DNA of 64,000 nt from Candidatus Hydrogenedentota bacterium. GTDB taxonomy: Bacteria; Hydrogenedentota; Hydrogenedentia; Hydrogenedentales; SLHB01. Under the pieces are notes generated by a model, which saw nothing but the letters and a program-made list of their open reading frames with translations, ran no database searches and was not told the DNA's origin. Positions within the stretch are counted from its first letter, which is position 1, and every line of letters begins with the position of its first letter. Location of the stretch: the NCBI GenBank assembly GCA_963745075.1, contig CAVUWV010000018.1:1-64000 (forward strand). The letters are read 5' to 3'. This document shows positions 50,573 to 59,877 of this stretch, piece by piece. The translations under genes were made by a program, and so were the position numbers.

Positions 50573-51966
50573 CAGCGAAACCGCGCGTGGGGTTATTGCC
50601 CCTGTATCTCAAGCTTTACGACGACCGCATGCCTGAACTGCGCGCAGCCTTCGATCCGTTCCTTCAGGAGGTATCAGCGGGATTCGAGTCGCGTGGGGTT
50701 GCGGTACACCGGGCGGACGTGTGCCGCGTGGAGGACGAGGTTGCCGCCGCGTTGCGCGGTTTTGACGAGGCCGATGTCGATCTCATTGTTACGCTGCATC
50801 TGGCCTACTCGCCGTCCTTGGAGTCTGCGGATCGGCTGATCGCCTCCCCCCGTCCCCTGCTGTTGCTGGACACGACGATGGATTACGATTTCGGATCGGA
50901 CGTGGACCCGGCGCGGATCATGTACGACCACGGCGTGCATGGCGTGCAGGATCTCGCGTCGGTATTGCGGCGGTGCGGGCGGCCCTTCGAAATCGTCGCG
51001 GGGCACGTTTCGCAGTCGGAGGTGTTGGATCGCGCCAGCGGCATTGCGCGGGGCGCGTGCGCGGCGCGATTGTTGCGAACGATGCGGGCGCTCCGGATCG
51101 GGGAGACCTTCGCCGGGATGGGCGATTTCGCGATCGCCGATTCGTTGTTGGAAGCGTTGATCGGCGTGACCGTGGTGCAACGGGATCTTGCCGCGCTGGA
51201 AGCGGCGGCCACTGCGGTTACCAACGAGGCCATCGAACGGGAACTCGAGGAGGACCGGAATCGTTACGCAGTGAATGCGCCGGAGGACGTACACCGGCGA
51301 TCGGTTCGAGTCGGCCTGGCCTTACGGCAGTTGCTGGAGGCAGACGGATTCGGGAGTTTTACGTTCAACTTTGGCGCCTTCAACCGAAGCGAGGGTCCGG
51401 TGGATACGGTTCCGTTTCTCGAAGCGTCGAAAGCGATGGCACGCGGACTGGGCTACGCCGGCGAGGGCGATACGTTGACGGCGGCGTTTGTCGGGGCGCT
51501 GAACGGCGCGTTTGGACGCACGACGTTTACGGAAGTCTTCTGTCCGGATTGGAAAGGCAACGCGCTATTCCTGTCGCACATGGGCGAGGTAAATCCAGAA
51601 ACGGCAGCGGAAAAACCGCGGTTGTGCGAGAAGGAGTTGCCGTGGGCGGGCGCGTTGAATCCGGCGGCGTTGACGTGCGCGATTGCGCCGGGGCCGGCCA
51701 TATTGGCGAACCTTGCGCCGGGGCCGGACAACACGTTTACGCTGATACTCGGGCCGGTGGAGGTGTTGGGCGACGGGACGCACCCGGGGCTGAAGGATTG
51801 GATTCGAGGTTGGATTCGGCCGGTGTACTGCGAGGTCGCGGATTGGCTGGAGGCGTATTCGCGGCACGGCGGGACGCATCACAGCGCGTTGGTGTTGAAC
51901 GGCGACCTGGAGGCGCTGGCAGCGTTTGGACGGTTTGCGGGGATGGAGGTGGTGACGTTGGAGTGA
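50569..51966 (+). CDS. L-arabinose isomerase-like (AraA/FucI superfamily) protein
   Basis: LHLAYSPS, GYAGEGD, TFTE, SHMGE, GGTHH metal ligands. Confidence 0.8.
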   Translation: MTAKPRVGLLPLYLKLYDDRMPELRAAFDPFLQEVSAGFESRGVAVHRADVCRVEDEVAAALRGFDEADVDLIVTLHLAYSPSLESADRLIASPRPLLLLDTTMDYDFGSDVDPARIMYDHGVHGVQDLASVLRRCGRPFEIVAGHVSQSEVLDRASGIARGACAARLLRTMRALRIGETFAGMGDFAIADSLLEALIGVTVVQRDLAALEAAATAVTNEAIERELEEDRNRYAVNAPEDVHRRSVRVGLALRQLLEADGFGSFTFNFGAFNRSEGPVDTVPFLEASKAMARGLGYAGEGDTLTAAFVGALNGAFGRTTFTEVFCPDWKGNALFLSHMGEVNPETAAEKPRLCEKELPWAGALNPAALTCAIAPGPAILANLAPGPDNTFTLILGPVEVLGDGTHPGLKDWIRGWIRPVYCEVADWLEAYSRHGGTHHSALVLNGDLEALAAFGRFAGMEVVTLE

Positions 51967-51969
51967 AGA

Positions 51970-52087
51970 CCCCCTCCCCGGCCCTTCTCGTGACAGGGGA
52001 GGATTTCTGTCATTTGATAAAGTACGCAAGTTGATTTGGATGGTCGATTACGATTACGAGCACGATTACGAGAAAGACGAGGATGAG
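51970..52087. repeat. CCTCCCC/GGGGAGG hairpin plus hexamer tandem (CGATTA/CGAGCA)
   Basis: CCTCCCC(51973)..GGGGAGG(52002); CGATTACGATTACGAGCACGATTACGAG from 52045. Confidence 0.6.
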
Positions 52088-52092
52088 AGCCA

Positions 52093-53124
52093 GTGTGGCG
52101 TGAGACGACGAAGTACGATCGCAACCGCGTGATCTTTGAGGAGGAGTTTGCGGCGTTTTTGCCGGAACGAATCCTGGACTTTCACGTGCATGTGTATAAC
52201 GAAGGGGTAGTGCCGGCGTTCGATCCGTTTCCGTGCGGGGGGCATCCGACGACGCGGTACGATTATGATGATCTCGCGCAGGATCTGGCGGAATGTTTTC
52301 CCGGGCGCGAGACGTATGCGGTGTGTTTCGGGCTGCCGATTGTCGGGTACGACCGCGTTCGGAATAACGACTATCTCGCGACGGCGAGCGATCGGAAGCG
52401 GTTCTTTCCGTTGCGGCTGGTCGATCCGCATGAGGATACGCCGGAAACCTTGCGGTACGACTTGGAGTCTGGCGCGTTCTATGGGTTGAAGCCTTATCCC
52501 GATTACGTGCGCAAGGAGAACGTAAATGAGGCAGAAATCCACGAAATGCTGCCGGCTTGGGCGATGGAGATCGCGAACGCGCAGGAACTGATCATCATGC
52601 TGCACATTCCGCGGAAAGGACGGCTGGCGGACCCGGTAAACCAGCGGCAGATCGTGGAACTGTGCGCAACCTATCCTCGGGCGAAAGTGGTGTTGGCGCA
52701 TATTGGACGCGCGTATTACCTGAAGAACGTGTTGGGGAATCTGCGAGAGTTGAAAGACATTCCGAATCTCTATTTCGATCTCGCCATGGTGAATCATTGG
52801 GAAGTGATGGAACATCTGTTTGAGAACGTTCCCGTCGAACGGATTCTGTACGGTTCCGATGTGCCGATTGCATTGGCGCCGGGAAAGTCGGTAGAGATCA
52901 ACGATCAGTACACGTATGTGACGCCCGTGCCGTGGTCTCTGTCGATTTCGGATAACCACGACAAGCTGGCGTTTACGAGTTTTCTGTACGAGGAGCTGCG
53001 GGCGATCCAACACGCGGTACGGCGGATGGATTTGGGCAGCGAGTTTGTGGAGGCGTTGTTTTTCGGGAGCGGGATGCGGTTGATCGAGTCGGTGAAGACG
53101 AATGAATCGGACGGATCGGTCTGA
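52093..53124 (+). CDS. Amidohydrolase_2 family metallohydrolase
   Basis: DFHVH, GLKPY, MLH, VLAHIG, ILYGSDVP. Confidence 0.85.
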   Translation: MWRETTKYDRNRVIFEEEFAAFLPERILDFHVHVYNEGVVPAFDPFPCGGHPTTRYDYDDLAQDLAECFPGRETYAVCFGLPIVGYDRVRNNDYLATASDRKRFFPLRLVDPHEDTPETLRYDLESGAFYGLKPYPDYVRKENVNEAEIHEMLPAWAMEIANAQELIIMLHIPRKGRLADPVNQRQIVELCATYPRAKVVLAHIGRAYYLKNVLGNLRELKDIPNLYFDLAMVNHWEVMEHLFENVPVERILYGSDVPIALAPGKSVEINDQYTYVTPVPWSLSISDNHDKLAFTSFLYEELRAIQHAVRRMDLGSEFVEALFFGSGMRLIESVKTNESDGSV

Positions 53125-53139
53125 TCCGTCGGATCGGTT
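53104..53139. repeat. 9-mer tandem repeat overlapping the amidohydrolase stop codon
   Basis: GAATCGGAC GGATCGGTC TGATCCGTC GGATCGGTT. Confidence 0.55.
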
Positions 53140-53169
53140 GGTAAACCGAGCCGGGTAGAAAGGAATTGC

Positions 53170-54321
53170 ATGGGGCGCACGTTACGAGTGGGAATGGTGG
53201 GTCACGGGTTTATGGGGAAGATGCACGGGCACGCGTACCGGTCGCTCGGGTTCTACTATGATCCGGCGCCTGCGAAGGTGGTCCTGGCGGGTGTGGCGAC
53301 CCAAAGTGAGGCGAGTTGGAAGCGCGCCGTCGACGAATGGGGCTACGAATTCGGCACGACGGACTTTCGCGAATTGTGCGCGCGGCCGGATATCGACATC
53401 ATCGATTGCTGCACGCCGAACTACCTGCACCGCGACGTGCTGCTTGCGGCGCTGGAGCACGGTAAACATGTATACATGGACAAACCGCTGTGCAACACGC
53501 TCGACGAAGCGCGCGAGATGGTCGCGGCGGCGGCAGCTCGTCCGGAATGCGTGACGCAAATGACGTTTCAGTATCGCTTCGTGCCCGCGATGTTGCGCGC
53601 GAAGGAGTTGATCGAGGCGGGCGCGCTGGGGCAGATCTTTTCCGGGCGCGTCTGTTATCTGCACGCGGGGTATGTAAATCCGAATCGACCGTTTTCGTGG
53701 CGGTTGGACGTGAGCAAAAGCGGCCGCGGGGGCGCACTGTTCGATCTGGGCGCGCATGTCGTGGATCTGACGCGTCATTTGCTTGGGGACTTCGATGAGG
53801 TGTTGCATCTCGGCGAGACGTTTATCAAGGAGCGCCCCGTGAAGGACGACCCGGCGAAGATGATGGCCGTAGATGTGGATGACGTATCGATTCTCACGTT
53901 TCGCTTGGCGAACGGCGCAGTGGGAACGCTGGAATCGTCGCGGCTGGCGACGGGCGTGCAGGACGAGGTGCGGTTCGAGGCCCACGGAAGCAAAGGCGGG
54001 ATTCGGTTCAATCTCATGCAGCCGAACTTTCTCGAGTATTACGACGGGACGGCGGCGGAAGGGCCGTACGGCGGCGACCGGGGCTTCAAGGCGATCGAAT
54101 GCGTCGCACGGTATCCGAAACCGTCGGCCTTGCCGGGTCCGAAGAATACGATTGGGTGGGAACGGTTCCACGTGCATTGCATGCGGAATTTTGTGTCGCA
54201 CGTCGTCGAGGGAAAGCCCGGGCAGCCGGATATTCTGGAAGGCGCCAAGACGCAGGCGGTGCTGGATGCAGCGCTGCGATCGAGCGATGGGAAGGGATGG
54301 GTAAAAGTCGAAGCGGTGTGA
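53170..54321 (+). CDS. Gfo/Idh/MocA family oxidoreductase
   Basis: GMVGHGFMG, CTPNYLH, MDKP, GGALFDLGAH. Confidence 0.92.
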   Translation: MGRTLRVGMVGHGFMGKMHGHAYRSLGFYYDPAPAKVVLAGVATQSEASWKRAVDEWGYEFGTTDFRELCARPDIDIIDCCTPNYLHRDVLLAALEHGKHVYMDKPLCNTLDEAREMVAAAAARPECVTQMTFQYRFVPAMLRAKELIEAGALGQIFSGRVCYLHAGYVNPNRPFSWRLDVSKSGRGGALFDLGAHVVDLTRHLLGDFDEVLHLGETFIKERPVKDDPAKMMAVDVDDVSILTFRLANGAVGTLESSRLATGVQDEVRFEAHGSKGGIRFNLMQPNFLEYYDGTAAEGPYGGDRGFKAIECVARYPKPSALPGPKNTIGWERFHVHCMRNFVSHVVEGKPGQPDILEGAKTQAVLDAALRSSDGKGWVKVEAV

Positions 54322-54341
54322 GGCGCGGGGAGTATGAAGAG

Positions 54342-54372
54342 CGATTACGATCACGAGCACAAATACGATTAG
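54342..54372. repeat. Hexamer tandem related to 52045-52087
   Basis: CGATTACGATCACGAGCAC vs CGATTACGATTACGAGCAC. Confidence 0.6.
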
Positions 54373-54412
54373 GAGGAAGAAACACCGGCGGTCTGTCGGA
54401 GCTCAGATCGAT

Positions 54413-55585
54413 CTAGTCAGGATAGGGAAGATCCAGGACTTTTCGGACTTCGCGGGCGAGGGCGGTGAGGCGGAATGGTTTTAGCAGGAACGACTCCACG
54501 CCGGCGTTGAGCAGTTCGCCGGTAAGGAGATCTTTCTCGAAACCTGTGCAGACGATGAACCGCATTTCGGGGTGGGACTTCTTCAGCAAGGGATGGGCAT
54601 CGGCGCCGGTCATCTCGGGCATGGCCATGTCGAGAAGGACGAGGTCGATGGGGTCTTCGTATTTTCGCGCGAGGTCAACGGCCTCTTTGCCGTTGTACGC
54701 GACGAGGGTGTTATAGCCGAGACGTTTGAGCGAGTCGACCATGGCATTGGCGATCATGGGTTCATCGTCGACGACCAGGATCGTTTCGCCACCCTTGGGC
54801 AGTTCTGACTCAGGGATGACCGGTTCGACTTCGTCGGGTACGGCCGGGAGGTAGACGCGAAAAACGGTGCCTTGGCGCGGAAAGCTGTTGACGGTCACGA
54901 AGCCGCAATTGTTCCGCACGACGCCGAAGACGTTGGCAAGACCTTTGCCTGCGTGACCCGGTTTGGTGGTGAATCCCGGCTGGAAGACCTTGCTGAGCAC
55001 GTCGTCACTCATGCCTTCCCCGTCGTCTTCGATGGTAATGAGGACGTAAGGTCCGGGTTCCAGGCCGGAACCCACGGGGATCGTTTCGGAATCCACCTGC
55101 ACGTTGTTGGTTCGGATCGTCACGCGTCCATGGCCGGGTACGGCCTCGACGGCATTCGTCGCGAGACTCAAGAGCACCTGGGCGATCTGGGTGTGGTTGA
55201 CGCGGACCTTCCACAGATCGGGATCCACATGGCGCACGATGCGGATTCGCGGCGCGAGCTGTGACTCTTCGATGAGCAGGAGGTGGTACACGATGGAGTT
55301 GACGTTGACCAATTCCAACCGGGTTCCTTCGCCTTGGGTGATGGCGAGGATTCGTTCGGTAAGACGGCCGGCAACTTCGGCGGAGATTTCGATCGCGTCC
55401 AACGCAACGACGGCGTCGCGGTCGCCTTCGAGTTTATGACGGAGCAGGGCGGTATTGCCGAGGACGGTTTCCATCAGATTATTAATGTCGTGGGCGACAC
55501 CACGGCCAACCATGGCGATCGCGTCAGGATGGCCGTCTTGTGCGGCTGGATCTTCCCCACGTTGTCCGGGGGTTTCTTCGGTCAT
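54413..55585 (-). CDS. Hybrid histidine kinase/response regulator (CckA-like), no sensor domain
   Basis: GVAHDINNL H-box, NAVEA, DDGEGM, FTTK, GKGL; REC ILVVDDE..LLDMAMP..KPF. Confidence 0.9.
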   Translation of the reverse strand: MTEETPGQRGEDPAAQDGHPDAIAMVGRGVAHDINNLMETVLGNTALLRHKLEGDRDAVVALDAIEISAEVAGRLTERILAITQGEGTRLELVNVNSIVYHLLLIEESQLAPRIRIVRHVDPDLWKVRVNHTQIAQVLLSLATNAVEAVPGHGRVTIRTNNVQVDSETIPVGSGLEPGPYVLITIEDDGEGMSDDVLSKVFQPGFTTKPGHAGKGLANVFGVVRNNCGFVTVNSFPRQGTVFRVYLPAVPDEVEPVIPESELPKGGETILVVDDEPMIANAMVDSLKRLGYNTLVAYNGKEAVDLARKYEDPIDLVLLDMAMPEMTGADAHPLLKKSHPEMRFIVCTGFEKDLLTGELLNAGVESFLLKPFRLTALAREVRKVLDLPYPD

Positions 55586-55641
55586 CGGGGCACCGCTCGC
55601 ATGCCGTTACTCCAGACGATCAGGAAAACCAGACAATAAAA

Positions 55642-55717
55642 TGGCGCGCCCGAGACGATTCGAACGTCCGACCCCTTGCTCCGGAGGCAAGTGCTCTATC
55701 CGCTGAGCTACGGGCGC
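55642..55717 (-). tRNA. tRNA-Arg(CCG)
   Basis: GCGCCCGTAGCTCAGCGGATAGAGCA-CTTGC-CTCCGGA-GCAAG..GTTCGAATC..GGGCGCGCCA, 76 nt. Confidence 0.96.
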
Positions 55718-55870
55718 GCAGAGACATTAAGATTACTTCTCGGGTAGAAATCTTATCACAGAATGATACCGGTATTCCAAGTGTAATCGCGGGGAGGTTC
55801 TGTCAGTATGGGACTCCGATTGCTTGTGGAACAGGCGAATTGGCACGGGTGGCCGTTTTTGGAGCAGCTC

Positions 55871-56621
55871 ATGAATGAGTGGTTGATGGAGGTGGTCCGC
55901 GAGGCGGGTCAGATTGCGCGAGAGTATCAGGCGCGCGGATTCACGGTGAAGTACAAAGGGGACGGGTCGATTGTCACGTCGGCGGATCTGCACATCGATG
56001 AGTTTCTCACAGGTCGAATTCACGGGCGGTTTCCCGACGACGGGATTTTGACGGAAGAGAGCGTGGACGATCCGAAGCGATTGTCGTGGCGGCGGGTCTG
56101 GATCATCGATCCCATCGACGGGACGGCGGCGTTTGCGGACAAGCGGCCGGAGTACGGGATCCTGGTGGCGCTCTGCGTGGACGGTGAGGCGGTGGAAGCC
56201 GTCGCGCATTTCCCGCTGATGGGGGTGACCTTATATGCGAACGTCGAGCAGGGGGCCTTCGTAAACGGACGCAAGGTGCAGGTATCGCGCGTCTCGGGTA
56301 CGGGGCACAAAGTTGCGGCCGGGACGGGCCCCTTCGAGTCGCTGCACACAGCGTCCGACACCGATACGCAACAATGCGCTGGCCATGTTCCAAGTAATTG
56401 CGGGGGAAATCGAGGGTTGTTTGATTTCGTGTGGACCAAGCGCGGGCGAGCATGATTATGCATGGGCGAGTTGCGCGTTGCGTGCGGCGGGCGGCCGAAT
56501 CACGGACGGGCGGGGCGAGCCTCTGCGATACAACAAAGTCGATCGCCGGATGCCATCCGTCATTGTCGGGAGCAATGGGCTGGTCCATGACGAGTTGCTG
56601 CAACAGGCGAGCCGGGTATAG
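55871..56621 (+). CDS. Inositol monophosphatase / CysQ family protein (frameshift near 56360)
   Basis: VTSAD, ILTEE, WIIDPIDGT; C-terminal EHDYA..LRAAGGRITD..GEPLRY in the next frame. Confidence 0.85.
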
Positions 56622-56748
56622 ACTCCGAATCGCGTCGTTGTGCGCTTTCAATCAATTTGGTGTACACTTTCGGCGCATTTATTTCGGTCGGCGGCGGATT
56701 GGGTTTTCCACTCGGCTTTTTTCGTGTCTTAGATCGAAGGTTCCATGA

Positions 56749-57477
56749 ATGGAAGTCGTTGTCGTAATTCCCACGTTTAACGAGCGTGACAATCTTGACC
56801 GGCTGTTGGGGCGCGTCCTCGATGAATTGCCCGAAGCAGCAGTACTCGTGGTGGACGATAACTCGCCGGACGGGACCGGGGAGATTGCGGACGAGTGGGC
56901 GCGCCGCGAACCGGAACGCGTCCGGGTGTTGCATCGCCCGGGCAAGGAAGGTCTGGGTGCGGCGTATGTGGCGGGATTCCAATTTGCTCTCGAGCGCTGG
57001 CCCGAAGTGGCTTTCTATTTTCAGATGGATGCGGACTTTTCTCACGACCCGCAGTATTTGCGGCCCATGCTGGACGCGGCGCGCGACGTGGACGTGGTGA
57101 TCGGGTCGCGCTATTACCAGGGTGTTCGCGTCGTCAATTGGCCGTTTCACCGCTTGTTGATCAGCAGGATGGGAACGCTCTATGCCCGGTTGATGACGGG
57201 GTTGCCGTGTACGGATTGCACGGGTGGATTCAAGTGTTTCCGGCGCGAAGTCTTGGAGAAGTTGGATTTGTCCGGCATCGATTCGAACGGGTATTGCTTT
57301 CAGATCGAGATAAACTACCGCGTCTGGAAGTTGGGCTTTCGGATGCGGGATTTTCCGATCACCTTTCTCGAACGCGAGCGCGGAACATCGAAGATGAGTC
57401 CGGGAATCGCCTTCGAAGCGATTCGGGTGGTAACACAGCTTGGCCTGGAACGTCTCATCGGTCGTCGATTATTGTGA
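56749..57477 (+). CDS. Polyprenol-phosphate glycosyltransferase (GT2, Ppm1/DPM1-like)
   Basis: IPTFNERDN, VDDNSPDGTG, GLGAAY, QMDADFSHDP, IGSRY, SKMS. Confidence 0.92.
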   Translation: MEVVVVIPTFNERDNLDRLLGRVLDELPEAAVLVVDDNSPDGTGEIADEWARREPERVRVLHRPGKEGLGAAYVAGFQFALERWPEVAFYFQMDADFSHDPQYLRPMLDAARDVDVVIGSRYYQGVRVVNWPFHRLLISRMGTLYARLMTGLPCTDCTGGFKCFRREVLEKLDLSGIDSNGYCFQIEINYRVWKLGFRMRDFPITFLERERGTSKMSPGIAFEAIRVVTQLGLERLIGRRLL

Positions 57478-59847
57478 AGGCTTGCGCCGGGCCAATAATC
57501 GAATGCAGTAGGCGGAACTCCCCGCCAAGGCCAATGCCGAAATCCAGAGTCCGATTCGAAGACTTAACGGATCGTATTCATAGGTCACGGTGTGATCGCC
57601 TGCGGGGATGATGGCGCCGCGAAAAGCGTAGTAGACGGGAAACAGATCCAGCGGTGCGCCGTCGAGTGAGGCTTTCCACCCGGGGTAGTAGGCATCCGCC
57701 AACACCAGGACTGCGGGCGCTTGCGCCTTCACCGACACTTGGACGCGATTTGGCGTGTAGTCGATGACGTGGGCCTCCCCCACGTTGTTTGAAGGGGTTG
57801 CGGGCAGGGGTCCGGCGAGAGGGACCTCGGTGATGGCCGTTTCGGCGGGCCGGTAGTCGGGGTCGAGCATTCGGTCGAACAGGTCGTCGAGGTTGGTAAT
57901 AATCTGCAGCGCGCCGACGAGGAACGCGCGCGGCATGGCCCGGTGGTTTGCGTAGACGTCGAGTGCATCGCAGGTGGCGACCTTCTCGAGGGCGCCTTCG
58001 GCGACCAACTCGTTCAGCGGAAACACCGGCTCGTGTTTCGGATCGGTGGCGTAGAATCGAATGCTGCACACCGGTTCCATGACATCCCAGAGGTTGTAGC
58101 CCAATTCATTCTGGAAACGGAGTATTCTTTCGGGATAGATCCCGTCGTAGCCGAGCCACTCTTCGATGCCGTAGTTGCCCATACCTCCGCTGATGATGAA
58201 CGCTTCGGCGACGCCCACCCGGCAAGGTTGCGGTTGTGTCTTGAAAAACTGCGTCAATTGGGTTTCGGGGCAGATCCAGTCGCGCGGCAAGGTAGGGTTC
58301 AGTCCGCGGCACGCATAGAGGTAGTCCCCGACGAGCAGCAGGGTGAGGAGTGCCCACATCACGCGAGGACGGTACCAGAGGCAGGTGAGCACCATGATGA
58401 CGCAGGCGAGTGCTGCGAATACGGCGGCGGTCTCGACTTGCCGGAGGACATAGTCCAGGTGCCGGCCCATGGAGAGTACTGCGTAATTCCACCAAAGCAT
58501 ATACCCCACAAGGCTGGATGCGAGGACGAGCATGAGAGCGACCGGCCCGAGTTCTCGCAGCGATCTCGGCTTGGAAAACCAGCGATCAAATCCGATTGCG
58601 GCAACGAGGGGCAATGCGAAGTACGCGAAACAGATCTGGTAGATGGGCTGCGTTGAATTGAACACGGGCAGGCGGTTCAGCAACGCGACGAGCGGAAACT
58701 GATAGGCGAGCAGAATGCCCAGCAACGCGGCGATGGTCAGTCCGGCGACCCGGGCTCGATTGCGGGGGTCCAAACGCTTGCGGAACAGCGCGGCCACGGC
58801 GAGGGAGATTCCCACCCAGATCGTCGTGCCGAGATACTGGGCGGAGGCGAGGTTGGAGTTGACTTTGCCCGGGTCCCAGAAGTTACCTTCCGCAACGGTT
58901 CCGAAGAACCGTGCAACCCAGAAGGCGACCAACGCGGAGATCTGCATTTCATTCATTTCTTTCGTGCCGGTGGCGCGCTCCACTTGGGTATAGCTATGGA
59001 GGATGTATTCGACGAATGGAAGGATCTGGACCATGCACACCGCCAAGGCGAGTCCCCAAGCGGCACCGGTGAGGGTGATGGGACGCCAGAGCGCTGCGCC
59101 TCGCCGACGCTCCCACATGAGCCGGACGGCAAAGTAGACCCCTACTCCGAGACTCATGGTGAAGGCGCTCTCGGGGTGGCCCGCGAGGAGTGCGAGTGTG
59201 CCGCCAAAAGCCAGGGCAAAGAAGCCGCGCCGATGTTTGCCGGCAAGCAGGAGTTCCACGCCGAGCACCAGAACCGGCGCCCACGCGCTGACATCGGGCA
59301 GGGGCCACGAGGCCCAAAGAAGATTGTAGCTTCCGACCATCCACGCAGCGGAAAGCAGACGGGACGCGCCAATGCTCAGACCGATCGTCCGGGCGCAGAG
59401 ATAGGCGGTCGCGCCGCACAACCAGAGTTTCAGCAAGACCCAGATGCTCATGGCGGTGTCGATATCGAAGACGGCGCGCAGTAGATTGGGCGGATAAAAG
59501 ACGGCGCTCTGGGCGTTGGCCAGCAGGGGTACGCCGGCGTGTTCGAGCGGGTTCCACATGGGCCACTGGTGTAAGGCGAGTTCCCGCTTCGTAAGCAGGT
59601 AGTCGGGCCGGAATGCCGCAAGGGGGTCGAGTTTCAAAACGTTTCTTGGCGATTCGAAACTGGCGGGCGCGACGGCTTTCCACGGAGAGACGGCGAAGAG
59701 AATGTCCGCGGACGAGATGAGTTGGCCTTTCAAAAAGACGTTGGGAAATGCTGCGGCGAGAAGCAGGATCATGAGCACGCTATGAAGGGCGAATTCCCTC
59801 CACGTGAGCGGCGTCGCCGGGGAGTTGTTTTCGTTAACGGAGTTCAT
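57469..59847 (-). CDS. YfhO family (GT-C) membrane glycosyltransferase
   Basis: WNPLEHAGVPLLAN..FYPP, LAGHPE, LADAYYPGWKA..FRG..PAGDH. Confidence 0.88.
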   Translation of the reverse strand: MNSVNENNSPATPLTWREFALHSVLMILLLAAAFPNVFLKGQLISSADILFAVSPWKAVAPASFESPRNVLKLDPLAAFRPDYLLTKRELALHQWPMWNPLEHAGVPLLANAQSAVFYPPNLLRAVFDIDTAMSIWVLLKLWLCGATAYLCARTIGLSIGASRLLSAAWMVGSYNLLWASWPLPDVSAWAPVLVLGVELLLAGKHRRGFFALAFGGTLALLAGHPESAFTMSLGVGVYFAVRLMWERRRGAALWRPITLTGAAWGLALAVCMVQILPFVEYILHSYTQVERATGTKEMNEMQISALVAFWVARFFGTVAEGNFWDPGKVNSNLASAQYLGTTIWVGISLAVAALFRKRLDPRNRARVAGLTIAALLGILLAYQFPLVALLNRLPVFNSTQPIYQICFAYFALPLVAAIGFDRWFSKPRSLRELGPVALMLVLASSLVGYMLWWNYAVLSMGRHLDYVLRQVETAAVFAALACVIMVLTCLWYRPRVMWALLTLLLVGDYLYACRGLNPTLPRDWICPETQLTQFFKTQPQPCRVGVAEAFIISGGMGNYGIEEWLGYDGIYPERILRFQNELGYNLWDVMEPVCSIRFYATDPKHEPVFPLNELVAEGALEKVATCDALDVYANHRAMPRAFLVGALQIITNLDDLFDRMLDPDYRPAETAITEVPLAGPLPATPSNNVGEAHVIDYTPNRVQVSVKAQAPAVLVLADAYYPGWKASLDGAPLDLFPVYYAFRGAIIPAGDHTVTYEYDPLSLRIGLWISALALAGSSAYCIRLLARRKPSQ

Positions 59848-59877
59848 GTGGTTAAGCGGACGGCGTCGTGAGTTTCC

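Noticed and set aside
2843..54372. CRISPR array among the repeats
   Set aside because: No 23-47 nt direct repeats with unique, regular spacers and no cas genes
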